This document shows positions 8,419 through 18,073 of a stretch of 64,000 bases of DNA, in pieces. The notes beneath the pieces were generated by a model. That model was not told the DNA's origin and ran no database searches. It worked only from the letters and a program-made list of their open reading frames with translations. Source of the stretch: an uncultured Rhabdochlamydiaceae bacterium (GTDB lineage Bacteria > Chlamydiota > Chlamydiia > Chlamydiales > Rhabdochlamydiaceae); contig CAVQHD010000001.1 in the NCBI GenBank assembly GCA_963712275.1, forward strand, positions 1,120,001-1,184,000. The letters run 5' to 3'. Within the stretch, counting starts at the first letter, position 1, and every line of letters starts with the position of its first letter. Position numbers and translations under genes: made by a program.

Positions 8419-10785
8419 TTAAAAGTGTCCTCCCATTGAGAAGAAGACTTTTTGTACTTGACTATGATGTCTTGGGTTAACGGGAAATCCAATCCCAACG
8501 GTAATCGGCATTCGGTTCATCACTTCAACTCGAACGCCTACTCCATAACTCATTTGGTATCCATTAATATGAAATTTTTTCAGAGAAATGGCTCCTGCAT
8601 CAATGAAACCAAACAGATCGAGGATGGAGAAAATCTCTTGCAAATATTCAATGGATAAAATCGAAGAGGTGATTCCTCCTGTGGGATCGCCATTGTGATA
8701 GTGATCTCCTAAATCAAACGCTTTGTAACCCCGAACAGAGTTTTCGCCCCCGATGAAGAATCTTTCGCCTAAAGGCAGGTCTTGTGCTCCGCTTGTCCAC
8801 CAAATGGGTTGGATAAAGCGGGCTTCCCACCGATACTTCATGATGCCGCGGCGCCAAAGTTGTTGGTACAAGCTGTTCACATAGCTGTATTTGAGAAATG
8901 AAAAGTTTCCTCCAACACCTGCAAACTCCGCTTCCATTAAAGATCGAAATCCGTTGTGGGGTTTTGTAATATGATCCGTTGAGTCAAAATTGAGGGAAAG
9001 AGAGACTGCAGAGATGTTCCCTTTTTCTTTGCCTGCTTTCCTTTCTTGACGGCTTGCTCCATGGAAGACGTCGGTTTTGGTGTGTTTTGCTCGGTATTTT
9101 GTTCCGAGGGTCCAGTAAGGAGTGAGAGGGTAGGAGGCAAATAAACTTCCGCCAACAGAATCAATCTCGTATTTTTTAGCTTGGAGTTGGCTTTGGCTTA
9201 CAAAGGCCTCAAAGCCGACACGCCAGAGGGTGTCTCGAAAGTAAGGGGTGAGCCATGAAATTAGGTAAGTTCGTTGTTTAGATCCAAGTTGAACCTTCGC
9301 ATGGGCATATTCTCCGCCGCCGCGAAGGGCTGAGGGGCCTTGCTTGGGAAGTTTCCTGATGCCTTTGTAGTTGAAGTTGGTTTCGGTGATATCAAGACCG
9401 CCAAAAACGCCGTCACCGGAACTGAGTCCAAAGAAAAGACTTGCATGTCCTGTAGGGGCTTCTTCGACTTCAATATAGATATCTCGGTAGTGATCTCCAA
9501 GAATTTGGTCATCTTGCGTCCGCACAGGGTAGACATTGACATTTTTAAAATATCCCATGTTTTGAAGCCGTTCTTGAGTTGCCTTTAGCCTGACTGAGTC
9601 AAAAGTTTCTCCAGGTGTTAAAAGCGACTCGCGTAGGATCACATGAGTTTTTGTTTGTTCATTCCCAAAAATACGGATGAGTCCAATTTTATATTGAGCC
9701 CCTTCTTCGATTTCATAATGAACTTTGTAGATAGGTTGGTCGATGGCAGGCTGGGTTTCATAATGGACATGGGTATCGATGTACCCTTTTCGTCCATAAA
9801 GATCTTTAATTGCATCTGCGGTTGCTCGAAGCTTTTCAGGGGAAAAGAGTTCTTCAGGGTGGACTAAAAATACTTTTTCGATTTCTTCGTTTGTAAAAAG
9901 AGTATTTCCTTGGAAAGAGACCTGTCCTAAACGGAAAAGGGGGCCTCGCTGTGCGGTCAAAGTGATGACAACGCGCCCTTCTTTTTCTGCATTGGTAATT
10001 TGGAGGTCTACTTGAGCGTCTCCATACCCTTCGTTTTGAAGGAGGTTGAGAATGGTTAAACGATCTTGTTCAATGGCTTCTTCTTGTAAAATTCCATTTC
10101 CTGTGATCCAGCTTGTGAAAAAATTATATTTTTTTGTATGGATCATCTCTAGAATTTTACTTTTTTCTTTACGTGTAAAGCCGCTGAAGATGATCTCATC
10201 CACAAGACCGGCACGCCCTTCAATCACATGAATGGCAATATCGACCTGGTTGGTATCGGGAATTGGCATAATTGAGTAAGAAAGTTGGGATTCAAAATAT
10301 CCCTTTTTGACATAGTATTCTTTGACTTTGCTAAATTGCTTATTGAAAGTGGTTCGGTTAAAAATTTTATGTCCTTTCATTCCCAGTTCGCTTCGAAGTG
10401 TACTGCTTTTAATATGGCTGTTGCCACTCCAGGTAATTTCTCGAATCGTAGGGCGAAGCCACACTTTTAAGGTGACAGAGACATGGCTGCCTTGAGTTTT
10501 GACTTGAGGTTCCACACGGTCATATTCATCGGCCAGTGTTTTCAAATCGGAGTCAAAAATAGCAGGAGAAAATGGGTCTCCGACCTTTGTTTTTAATTTC
10601 TCAAGAACAGGCTTAGGATCAAACGAGGCGCCTAAAGGAAGATTTTCAACTTGAATATCTACGCGTTCGACATGTTGATTTTCCAACATATCAGAGGAGG
10701 GGCTGAACTCTGGAAAAAGATCGAATGGTTGGCACGTCAACAAGAAGAGAGAAGAAAAAGCAATAATTTTTTTTATACTCGGCAT
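8419..10785 (-). CDS. bamA: Outer membrane protein assembly factor BamA (Omp85/YaeT)
   Basis: POTRA repeats, RFFIGGENSVRGY motif, C-terminal Phe. Likely start MPSIKK at 10785. Confidence 0.95.
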   Translation of the reverse strand: MPSIKKIIAFSSLFLLTCQPFDLFPEFSPSSDMLENQHVERVDIQVENLPLGASFDPKPVLEKLKTKVGDPFSPAIFDSDLKTLADEYDRVEPQVKTQGSHVSVTLKVWLRPTIREITWSGNSHIKSSTLRSELGMKGHKIFNRTTFNKQFSKVKEYYVKKGYFESQLSYSIMPIPDTNQVDIAIHVIEGRAGLVDEIIFSGFTRKEKSKILEMIHTKKYNFFTSWITGNGILQEEAIEQDRLTILNLLQNEGYGDAQVDLQITNAEKEGRVVITLTAQRGPLFRLGQVSFQGNTLFTNEEIEKVFLVHPEELFSPEKLRATADAIKDLYGRKGYIDTHVHYETQPAIDQPIYKVHYEIEEGAQYKIGLIRIFGNEQTKTHVILRESLLTPGETFDSVRLKATQERLQNMGYFKNVNVYPVRTQDDQILGDHYRDIYIEVEEAPTGHASLFFGLSSGDGVFGGLDITETNFNYKGIRKLPKQGPSALRGGGEYAHAKVQLGSKQRTYLISWLTPYFRDTLWRVGFEAFVSQSQLQAKKYEIDSVGGSLFASYPLTPYWTLGTKYRAKHTKTDVFHGASRQERKAGKEKGNISAVSLSLNFDSTDHITKPHNGFRSLMEAEFAGVGGNFSFLKYSYVNSLYQQLWRRGIMKYRWEARFIQPIWWTSGAQDLPLGERFFIGGENSVRGYKAFDLGDHYHNGDPTGGITSSILSIEYLQEIFSILDLFGFIDAGAISLKKFHINGYQMSYGVGVRVEVMNRMPITVGIGFPVNPRHHSQVQKVFFSMGGHF

Positions 10786-10801
10786 ACGATCCTGCTTAAA
10801 G

Positions 10802-10821
10802 AGGGTGTTTGCAAACACCCT
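10802..10821. repeat. Perfect 20-bp palindrome AGGGTGTTTGCAAACACCCT
   Basis: Read directly. Shares the core TGTTTGCAAACA with the palindrome at 12881-12906. Confidence 0.75.
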
Positions 10822-10890
10822 TAAGAAGAGCGAGTATAAAAAAAGATATGGAAATATGCAATGATGTTGTGTTTGTTCCCTCGAATCTTC

Positions 10891-10919
10891 TTGCAATTTG
10901 CTCATTTAACCTGTATACT
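10891..10919 (+). promoter_or_regulatory. Putative sigma66/sigma70-type promoter for the Rpn gene
   Basis: TTGCAA-N17-TATACT. Confidence 0.55.
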
Positions 10920-10944
10920 TTTTTCCAGAACAAAGGATATGTTC

Positions 10945-12000
10945 ATGCTATCTAAATACTTAGATCCTAGAAATGACTTGGCGTTTAAGAAAGTATTTGG
11001 TGCTAAAAAGCACAAACGGATTCCAATCGATTTTCTGAATGCTGTATTCCATCTTGAGGGAGAACACAAAATCGTTGATCTAGAGTTTTTGGATGCACGG
11101 CAGCCGCCTGAGATTGAGGCGAGAAAAGAGAGTATTGTTGATGTGCTGGTGCGGGATCAGCGGGGTATAAAGTTTATTGTTGAGATGCAGGTTGCCAAAG
11201 TCGAGGGCTTTGAGAAAAGAGCTCAATATTATGCGGCAAAAACGTATTGCGCTCACTTTGGGCCTGGGCATAAGTACTATGACCTGACTAAGGTGATTTT
11301 TCTTGCAATCACTGACTATGTTGTCTTTCCAAATAAAGAGCGGTATAAGTCTGATCACATTATTTTGGATAACTCATCTTATGAGCATGATTTAAAGGAT
11401 TTTTCATTTACTTTTGTTGAGCTTCCTAAATTTAATAAAAAACTTGATGAGTTAAAGACTCTTGAAGATCGGTGGTATTACTTCTTAAAGCACTCAAATG
11501 AGAATGATGCGACTTACGATGTTCTAGCTCAACATTCCGAAATCCAAGAAGCCTACGACGTGCTAAATCGAGCCGGCTGGACTGAAGCTGAGCTTCAATG
11601 GTATGACAAGCTTGTCATGGATGCTGCAGATGCGCAAGGTATCATCGATGCCGCAAAAAAAGATGCTCTTGAAGAAGGAAGGCGAGAAGGAAGGCAAGCT
11701 GGTTTGCAGGAGGGAAGAGAAGTAGGCCTGCAGGAGGGAAGAGAAGTTGGTCTGCAGGAAGGGAAAGAAGCTGGTTTGCAGGCAGGCTTGGAGGAGGGGA
11801 AACGAACTGGCTTGCAGGAGGGCATTTTAAAAGGCATCCTAGAAGGCAAGCTGGAGGGCAAGCTGGAGGGCAAAAAGGAAAAGTCTTTAGAAATTGCTCA
11901 TGCCATGCTTAAGGAAGGCTTGCCTCTTTCACAGATTTCTAAGTTGACAGAGCTAACGGAAGAAGAGATCTCCACCCTTGTAAGCCTTAGAAACTCTTAA
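10945..12000 (+). CDS. Rpn-family recombination-promoting nuclease / PD-(D/E)XK putative transposase
   Basis: LDPRNDLAFKKVFG, DVLVRD..IVEMQ, FEKRAQYY, FVELPKF; EG-rich repeat tail; IAxxML..G....ISKLTEL end. Confidence 0.92.
   Translation: MLSKYLDPRNDLAFKKVFGAKKHKRIPIDFLNAVFHLEGEHKIVDLEFLDARQPPEIEARKESIVDVLVRDQRGIKFIVEMQVAKVEGFEKRAQYYAAKTYCAHFGPGHKYYDLTKVIFLAITDYVVFPNKERYKSDHIILDNSSYEHDLKDFSFTFVELPKFNKKLDELKTLEDRWYYFLKHSNENDATYDVLAQHSEIQEAYDVLNRAGWTEAELQWYDKLVMDAADAQGIIDAAKKDALEEGRREGRQAGLQEGREVGLQEGREVGLQEGKEAGLQAGLEEGKRTGLQEGILKGILEGKLEGKLEGKKEKSLEIAHAMLKEGLPLSQISKLTELTEEEISTLVSLRNS
11672..11875 (+). repeat. Imperfect 12/24-bp coding tandem repeats (GLQEGREV / GKLE)
   Basis: Visible in both DNA and translation of the Rpn C-terminal region. 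Confidence 0.8.
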
Positions 12001-12028
12001 CAGCTTCTTAGAGCTCCCTCTCTAATCT

Positions 12029-12628
12029 TTAAAATACTTGCCGTCCTACAAAAGCTCTTAAGAGAGAAGTGCCGTCGACATAATCTAAAGGGCTTCCGAT
12101 GGGGATCCCAAAGGCAAGTCGAGAAACTGCAGTGCCATGTTCTGCTATTTTTTCTTTTAAATAGAGAGCTGTTGCATCTCCTTCTAGAGTTGAATCAAGC
12201 GCAATAATGACCTCCCGGATGGGAAGGGTTTTAAATCGCTCGAACAAAGGGGAGAGGTTGAGCTGCTCAACACTTCGTCCATCCATAGGAGATAGAAGAG
12301 ATCCGAGTACGTGATAAAGGCCTTTATAAGCATGGGTTTCTTCGATCGAATAGGCATCTTTAGGGTTGGCAATGATACAAAGAAGTGAAAGATCTCGGTG
12401 TTTTGAGTCGCAAAATTCACAACCATCAGGGCTCGATAAACAATGACATTTAGGGCAGTGGAGCACTTGTTCCTTTAAGGTGGAAAGAAGAGAGGAAATA
12501 TGAAAAAGAGCTTCTTGGGGCCAATCAATTAAATGAAAAGCAAAACGTTCAGCTGTTTTTGTTCCAACTCCTGGTAGGAATTTAAGAGAGGCAATCAGTT
12601 GATCAAGGGCTGGCGGGTATTTTGACAT
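12029..12628 (-). CDS. recR: Recombination mediator RecR
   Basis: LPGVGTKTAERFAF HhH motif, C4 zinc finger, YHVLGSLLSPMDG, EGDATALY, SRLAFGIPIG. Confidence 0.96.
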   Translation of the reverse strand: MSKYPPALDQLIASLKFLPGVGTKTAERFAFHLIDWPQEALFHISSLLSTLKEQVLHCPKCHCLSSPDGCEFCDSKHRDLSLLCIIANPKDAYSIEETHAYKGLYHVLGSLLSPMDGRSVEQLNLSPLFERFKTLPIREVIIALDSTLEGDATALYLKEKIAEHGTAVSRLAFGIPIGSPLDYVDGTSLLRAFVGRQVF

Positions 12629-12718
12629 CAGTTGCAAATATATCGCGAATATAGAGCGATTTCAAGTTGAAAAATAACCAACATTTAGAAATAACTATGG
12701 ATGAGGGTGCAAAGTTTA

Positions 12719-12879
12719 GAAGCTATCCTAAAACTCAGTTTCTGTCGATTTTTGGGTTTTTTTGGCCAATTTTCGCTTTATTTGGTAGGGGTAATATACG
12801 AAGTTGATATTACCCCTACCAAATAAAGCGAAAATTGGCTCAAAAAAGAGACGAAATCTGAGTTTTAGGACACAGCTTC
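12719..12879. mobile_element. 161-bp palindromic MITE/RPE-like element with TTA target duplication
   Basis: Perfect 33-bp inner arms (12765-12797 / 12807-12839). Terminal arms GAAGCTATCCTAAAACTCAG and CTGAGTTTTAGGACACAGCTTC. TTA on both sides. Confidence 0.75.
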
Positions 12880-12880
12880 T

Positions 12881-12906
12881 TAGAAGCTGTTTGCAAACAG
12901 CTTCTA
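12881..12906. repeat. Perfect 26-bp palindrome TAGAAGCTGTTTGCAAACAGCTTCTA
   Basis: Read directly. Same GAAGCT termini as the adjacent 161-bp element. Confidence 0.8.
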
Positions 12907-12984
12907 ATCCCGACCGCTAATAAAATCCTACACAGGATTTCATTACTATGTTAAGGTTTTTCCCATCCTCCAAGGAAAAGTTGT

Positions 12985-13617
12985 ATGAAAGGATTAGAAT
13001 CAGGAAAAGAGAAGATTAAAAAAATTTGTGAAGAGCTCAAACGGGAGACGTTAGAGCCTGCTCAAATGGAAGCTGAAAAGATTGTTGAGGCGGCACGCTT
13101 TCTCGCAGATGAGATTGTTGCAAAGGCACATCATCAGATCAAAGAAATGCATGAAAAGGCCCATCGAGAAATTGAGCAGCAAAAGGCAATTTTTCAAGCC
13201 TCCCTTTCCCATGCCTGCCGTCAAACACTTGAAGCATTAAAGGAAAAGATCGAGCATAAACTATTTAACCCAGAGATTGCACGCTTATTGGAGACGCCGC
13301 TTCAAGAAGCTAAAGTTGTTGCAAAATTGATAGAGGCGGCTGTGCAGGCAATTGAGAAGGAAGGGATCGAAGCAGATTTAAGTGTAGCGATCTCTTCTGC
13401 GACTCCTGCTCGGGAAGTGAATGAGCTTCTTGCTGCTAAGATTCTTCAGAAACTCAAAGAAAAAAGCGTCCTTTTAAGCTCAATAGGTGGGGGAATTGAG
13501 GTTAAGCTGGTTGGTCAAAATATGACAATTGCTTTATCTGATACGACATTTACAGAACTTGTTGCAGACTATGTCCGTGAAGATTTTCGTCGATTCGTGC
13601 TTAGTGCCCATCAATGA
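12985..13617 (+). CDS. atpE: V-type ATP synthase subunit E
   Basis: GKEKIKKICEELKRETLEPA chlamydial subunit-E-like N-terminus; first gene of the V-ATPase operon. Confidence 0.88.
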   Translation: MKGLESGKEKIKKICEELKRETLEPAQMEAEKIVEAARFLADEIVAKAHHQIKEMHEKAHREIEQQKAIFQASLSHACRQTLEALKEKIEHKLFNPEIARLLETPLQEAKVVAKLIEAAVQAIEKEGIEADLSVAISSATPAREVNELLAAKILQKLKEKSVLLSSIGGGIEVKLVGQNMTIALSDTTFTELVADYVREDFRRFVLSAHQ

Positions 13618-14384
13618 ATTATTATTTTCTCGCAGCTTCGCTTCCCCCGCTTGTGTTAGGTGAGAGAGTCGATTTAACATTTGATGAGCTCATCGCGCGC
13701 ATTCAAATGAATGTTGGAGGCGAAGATTTAGAAAAAACCGTCGTTTTTCGACGATGGATTGACCTCAATAACATTCGCTCTCTGTATTTGGAAGATACGA
13801 TAGACTCCAAGGGCAATTTAGATGAGAAACAGCTCGATCAAGCCCTTCTTTTACAGGAGGATCTTCCTGAATATGTATTTGATTTCTTGAATCGATTTGA
13901 AACGACAGAGCAAAAACTCCGGTTTTTTTCAGGGATTTTCTCAACTTATTTTCAAGAGGAAATATCAAAGCAAAAGGGGTTTCTTAAAAGATATCTAACG
14001 TTTGAGAGAGACTGGCGTCTTGTCATCATGGCAATTAAAGCTAAAGAGCTCAGGCATGACCTGATCTACGAACTTCAATTTGAAGATGGGAAAGATCCTT
14101 TTATTGCCCATATTCTTGCGCAAAAAGATGCAGTTTCCTATGAGCCGCCGCTTGAATTTGTTTCACTCAAGGAAAAATATTTTTCATGTGGACCAGACCC
14201 TTGGCAACAGTTTAGAATGATCTCTTCTTGGAGATTTAAACAAATCGAGGAGCTTGTGGAAGAACCTCTATTTTCGATCGATTGGATCTTAGCTTATATG
14301 GCTAGGCTACTCATTGTAGAGCAGTGGAATGAGCTTGCCCCGACGAAGGGAGAAATTATTCTTGAAGCATTTGTAGGTAATTAA
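13614..14384 (+). CDS. DUF2764-family V-ATPase-associated protein (subunit C-like)
   Basis: YYFLAASLPPL N-terminus; lies between subunits E and A as in chlamydial operons. Confidence 0.8.
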   Translation: MNYYFLAASLPPLVLGERVDLTFDELIARIQMNVGGEDLEKTVVFRRWIDLNNIRSLYLEDTIDSKGNLDEKQLDQALLLQEDLPEYVFDFLNRFETTEQKLRFFSGIFSTYFQEEISKQKGFLKRYLTFERDWRLVIMAIKAKELRHDLIYELQFEDGKDPFIAHILAQKDAVSYEPPLEFVSLKEKYFSCGPDPWQQFRMISSWRFKQIEELVEEPLFSIDWILAYMARLLIVEQWNELAPTKGEIILEAFVGN

Positions 14385-14385
14385 A

Positions 14386-16152
14386 ATGAAAAACATCGCA
14401 ACTGGAAAAGTCGTTAAAGCATTTGGAAACTTGCTTCATGTCGCTTTTGAAGGAAATATTCGTCAAGGGGAAACGGCTATTATTAAATTAGGGGCACTCC
14501 AATTGAAAGGAGAAGTTATTGAGATTGCAGGTCAAGAAGCAAAAGTGCAGGTATTTGAGGATACATGGGGCATTAAGCTAGGAACCCTTGTTGAGTTTAA
14601 TGGGCATTTGCTCGAAGCGGAGCTTGGACCTGGTCTTTTAGGGTTAATTGTCGATGGACTGCAAAATCCGCTTGAAAAGGTTGCGGATGTAACAGGTCTT
14701 TTTTTATCGCGGGGAGTTTATCTGCAGCCCCTCGATCGAACTCGTCATTGGGATTTTCATCCAACTGCACAAATAGGAAAGGTTGTGCGGCGAGGGGATG
14801 AGCTTGGCTATACGATGGAAGGAAGGTTTCATCATCGGATCATGGTCCCTTTCAGCTTTTCTGGGGAATATACGATAAGTTGGGTTGCAAAATCAGGCAG
14901 CTATACAATCGATACTGTCATCGCGAAAGCATCCGATGTGAAAGGGCATGAATACCATTGGACAATGGTTCAAAGATGGCCCGTGAAAATTCCTCTCAAG
15001 GTTGGAGAAAAAGTCAAAGCAACGCAGATGATGGATACTGGAGAAAGGATTATCGATACCCAGTTTCCAATCTTGAAAGGAGGAACGTTTTGTTCTCCAG
15101 GCCCTTTTGGAGCTGGAAAAACAGTGCTCCAGCACCATCTTGCTAAATATTCAGCGGTCGATATTGTCGTTGTCGTTGCTTGCGGCGAGCGGGCAGGAGA
15201 AGTAGTCGAAGTGCTCCGTACTTTTCCTCATCTCACAGATCCTCATACGAATGACCCCCTGATGCATCGAACGGTGATCATCTGCAACACTTCTTCTATG
15301 CCTGTGGCTGCCCGCGAAGCTTCGATTTATATGGGCGCGACGATTGCAGAGTATTATCGGCAGATGGGACTTGATATTTTGCTTCTTGCCGATTCCACAT
15401 CGAGGTGGGCTCAAGCCATGCGAGAGATGTCAGGACGTCTGGAGGAGATTCCAGGCGAAGAGGCCTTCCCTGCATATCTATCTTCCAGAATCGCCGCTTT
15501 CTACGAAAGATCAGGAGTTCTACAGCTTGCAAATGGCTCGACCGGATCCTTGACTATTGGAGGCACTGTATCGCCTGCAGGCGGAAACTTTGAAGAACCG
15601 GTGACGCAGGCTACACTGATCGTTGTGGGAGCTTTTATCGCTCTTTTAAAGGCTCGTTCAGATGCCAGACGGTATCCGGCAATAGATCCTCTCATCTCTT
15701 GGAGCAAATATGTAGACGATGTCGGTCATCAGTTGGATGCTCAGATAGAGGGGTGGGGCAGGCGGGTGAAGCATGCAGCTCAAATTCTACGGGAAGGGGA
15801 TGAGATTGGAAAACGAATGGAGGTTGTTGGCGAAGAAGGGATCACACTTCATGATATCATTACCTATCTGAAGTCGGAGCTATATGAATTTGCTTATTTA
15901 CAACAAAATGCATTTGATAAAGAAGATGCTTATTGTCCTCTTCCTAGGCAAATTCCCCTCTTTCTCTTAATTAGCCATATTTTTGAGACCCCGTTCCAAT
16001 TTGAGGAACATGATGCCGCACGATCATTTTTCCTTGACCTTCAAAATGAGCTTAAGAATATGAATTTTATGCCGTTCAAATCGGAGCGATATGAGAAGGC
16101 ATATGGTAGAATTCAAGAAAAAATTCAAGCCGCAGGGAAAGGAATCTCATGA
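14386..16152 (+). CDS. atpA: V-type ATP synthase subunit A
   Basis: GPFGAGKT P-loop, [32 protein letters not shown]. Confidence 0.97.
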   Translation: MKNIATGKVVKAFGNLLHVAFEGNIRQGETAIIKLGALQLKGEVIEIAGQEAKVQVFEDTWGIKLGTLVEFNGHLLEAELGPGLLGLIVDGLQNPLEKVADVTGLFLSRGVYLQPLDRTRHWDFHPTAQIGKVVRRGDELGYTMEGRFHHRIMVPFSFSGEYTISWVAKSGSYTIDTVIAKASDVKGHEYHWTMVQRWPVKIPLKVGEKVKATQMMDTGERIIDTQFPILKGGTFCSPGPFGAGKTVLQHHLAKYSAVDIVVVVACGERAGEVVEVLRTFPHLTDPHTNDPLMHRTVIICNTSSMPVAAREASIYMGATIAEYYRQMGLDILLLADSTSRWAQAMREMSGRLEEIPGEEAFPAYLSSRIAAFYERSGVLQLANGSTGSLTIGGTVSPAGGNFEEPVTQATLIVVGAFIALLKARSDARRYPAIDPLISWSKYVDDVGHQLDAQIEGWGRRVKHAAQILREGDEIGKRMEVVGEEGITLHDIITYLKSELYEFAYLQQNAFDKEDAYCPLPRQIPLFLLISHIFETPFQFEEHDAARSFFLDLQNELKNMNFMPFKSERYEKAYGRIQEKIQAAGKGIS

Positions 16153-17486
16153 AGAAGATCTACGACCGAATTGTCGATATGAGAGGAAATCTTCTGACTG
16201 TTATCGCACAAAATGTCAGTCTGGGCGAAATCGCACGCATTTATAAACAAAATGGTGAGACCCTCTATGCCTCTGTCCTCAGAATTGAAGGAGACAAGGT
16301 CACATTGCAGGCATTTGAAAATACTCGAGGGCTTTCAACGCACGACCAAGTCACTTTTCTTGGTAAACAGATGGAAGCTGTGTTCTCAGAGGCCCTTTTA
16401 GGGCGTCGTTTTAGTGGATCGGGTGATCCGATTGACCGCGGTCCTGCAATTATAGGAGAGCGCGTCGAAATCCATACCCCTTCCTTTAACCCTGTGCGCA
16501 GAGTGGTTCCGCATCAGCTTGTGCGAACCAATATCCCGATGATTGACGTCTTCAATTGCCTTGTCAAATCGCAAAAAATCCCTATTTTTTCAGTCGCCGG
16601 AGAACCTTATAACGCGCTGCTCATGCGGATCGCTAATCAAACGGATGTCGACGTTGTCATTATTGGGGGCATGGGCCTTCGTTTCGATGACTATCAAGCT
16701 TTTATTGAAAATGCAGAAAAGGCAGGTTCGATTGAGAAAAGTGTGATGTTTATCCATCAAGCCACAGATCCTGCTGTTGAATGCCTCCTTGTTCCCGATA
16801 TGGCACTTGCTTGCGCAGAGAAATTTGCAGTCCAAGATAAAGATGTTCTCGTCCTTCTGACAGATATGACCGCTTTTGCAGACTCGATTAAAGAGATTGC
16901 TATCACAATGGACCAAATTCCTTCGAATAGGGGATATCCAGGGTCTCTTTATTCAGACCTTGCTGCTAGATATGAGAAAGCGGTCGATATTGAAGGAAGC
17001 GGGTCGATTACGATTATTTCTGTGACCACAATGCCGGGGGGTGACGTCACTCACCCAATACCCGACAATACAGGCTACATTACGGAAGGGCAATTTTATT
17101 TGCGTCGAGGTCGGGATTCAGACGAGAGCTGGCTCGATCCGTTTGGGTCGCTCTCCAGACTTAAGCAGCAGGTGATTGGAAAAGTCACACGAGAGGATCA
17201 TGGAGATGTTGCAAATGCCCAAGTCCGTTTGTACGCCGAAGGAAGTAAAGCAAGGGAAAGGCAGGCGATGGGGTTCAAGCTATCTAGGTGGGATGAAAAG
17301 ATTTTGCATTTTTCAAGGCTTTTTGAAGAGCGCATGATGAAACTTGAGGTCAATCTTCCGCTGGAGGAGGCTTTAGATGAAGGGTGGCATACCCTTGCAG
17401 AGTGTTTCGAGCCCCAGGAAGTTGGAATCAAACAAACATTGATCGATAAATATTGGCCCAAGAAGGAATCGGCATGGCAAAACTGA
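16149..17486 (+). CDS. atpB: V-type ATP synthase subunit B
   Basis: [38 protein letters not shown]. Confidence 0.97.
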   Translation: MKKIYDRIVDMRGNLLTVIAQNVSLGEIARIYKQNGETLYASVLRIEGDKVTLQAFENTRGLSTHDQVTFLGKQMEAVFSEALLGRRFSGSGDPIDRGPAIIGERVEIHTPSFNPVRRVVPHQLVRTNIPMIDVFNCLVKSQKIPIFSVAGEPYNALLMRIANQTDVDVVIIGGMGLRFDDYQAFIENAEKAGSIEKSVMFIHQATDPAVECLLVPDMALACAEKFAVQDKDVLVLLTDMTAFADSIKEIAITMDQIPSNRGYPGSLYSDLAARYEKAVDIEGSGSITIISVTTMPGGDVTHPIPDNTGYITEGQFYLRRGRDSDESWLDPFGSLSRLKQQVIGKVTREDHGDVANAQVRLYAEGSKARERQAMGFKLSRWDEKILHFSRLFEERMMKLEVNLPLEEALDEGWHTLAECFEPQEVGIKQTLIDKYWPKKESAWQN

Positions 17487-18073
17487 CAAAAACGGAACTA
17501 CGATTCCAGCAGTACCGTTTAGGCCAGCTGCAGAAATACCTTCCTACCTTGCAGCTGAAGAAAATGCTTTTGCAGCTAGAAGTCAACCAAGCAGAGCAGG
17601 CAATTGAGCAGCTTCGGCAAGAGTACAGCAGTCAGAAAAAAACGATTAATACCTATGTTGCGCTCCTGGCAGATAGAGGCGCTATCGACCTTTTTCCAGC
17701 GGTTAAAATCATCGAAGTCCGCTCTCAGATTGAAAATATCGCTGGGATTGATCTCCCTATCTATGAACAGGTAATTTTTCAAGAGGCGGCTCATTTTCTT
17801 TTTGATGCCCCTGTCTGGCTCGATTCTGCAATTGAAGGGCTTCGGAAGCTTCTCATTGTGCGAGAAAAAATTCATATTTCTGAAAAGAGGAAAGCAGCTC
17901 TTGAAAAAGAACTTCGAGAAGTCTCCATTCGAGTTAATTTATTCGAGAAAGTTTTAATCCCAAAAACTCAAGAAAACATTCGCAAGATAAAAATTTTTTT
18001 AGGAGATCAACAGCTAGCTGCTGTGTGTCAAGCAAAGGTTGCTAAGCAAAAAATTATCTCAGGGGCAGCATGA
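17474..18073 (+). CDS. atpD: V-type ATP synthase subunit D
   Basis: YLPTLQLKK and [11 protein letters not shown] motifs. Confidence 0.94.
   Translation: MAKLTKTELRFQQYRLGQLQKYLPTLQLKKMLLQLEVNQAEQAIEQLRQEYSSQKKTINTYVALLADRGAIDLFPAVKIIEVRSQIENIAGIDLPIYEQVIFQEAAHFLFDAPVWLDSAIEGLRKLLIVREKIHISEKRKAALEKELREVSIRVNLFEKVLIPKTQENIRKIKIFLGDQQLAAVCQAKVAKQKIISGAA

Noticed and set aside
10786..10944. Apparent head-to-head overlap of the bamA and Rpn ORFs
   Set aside because: This is an artefact of longest-ORF starts; RBS-supported starts (10785, 10945) leave a normal intergenic region.
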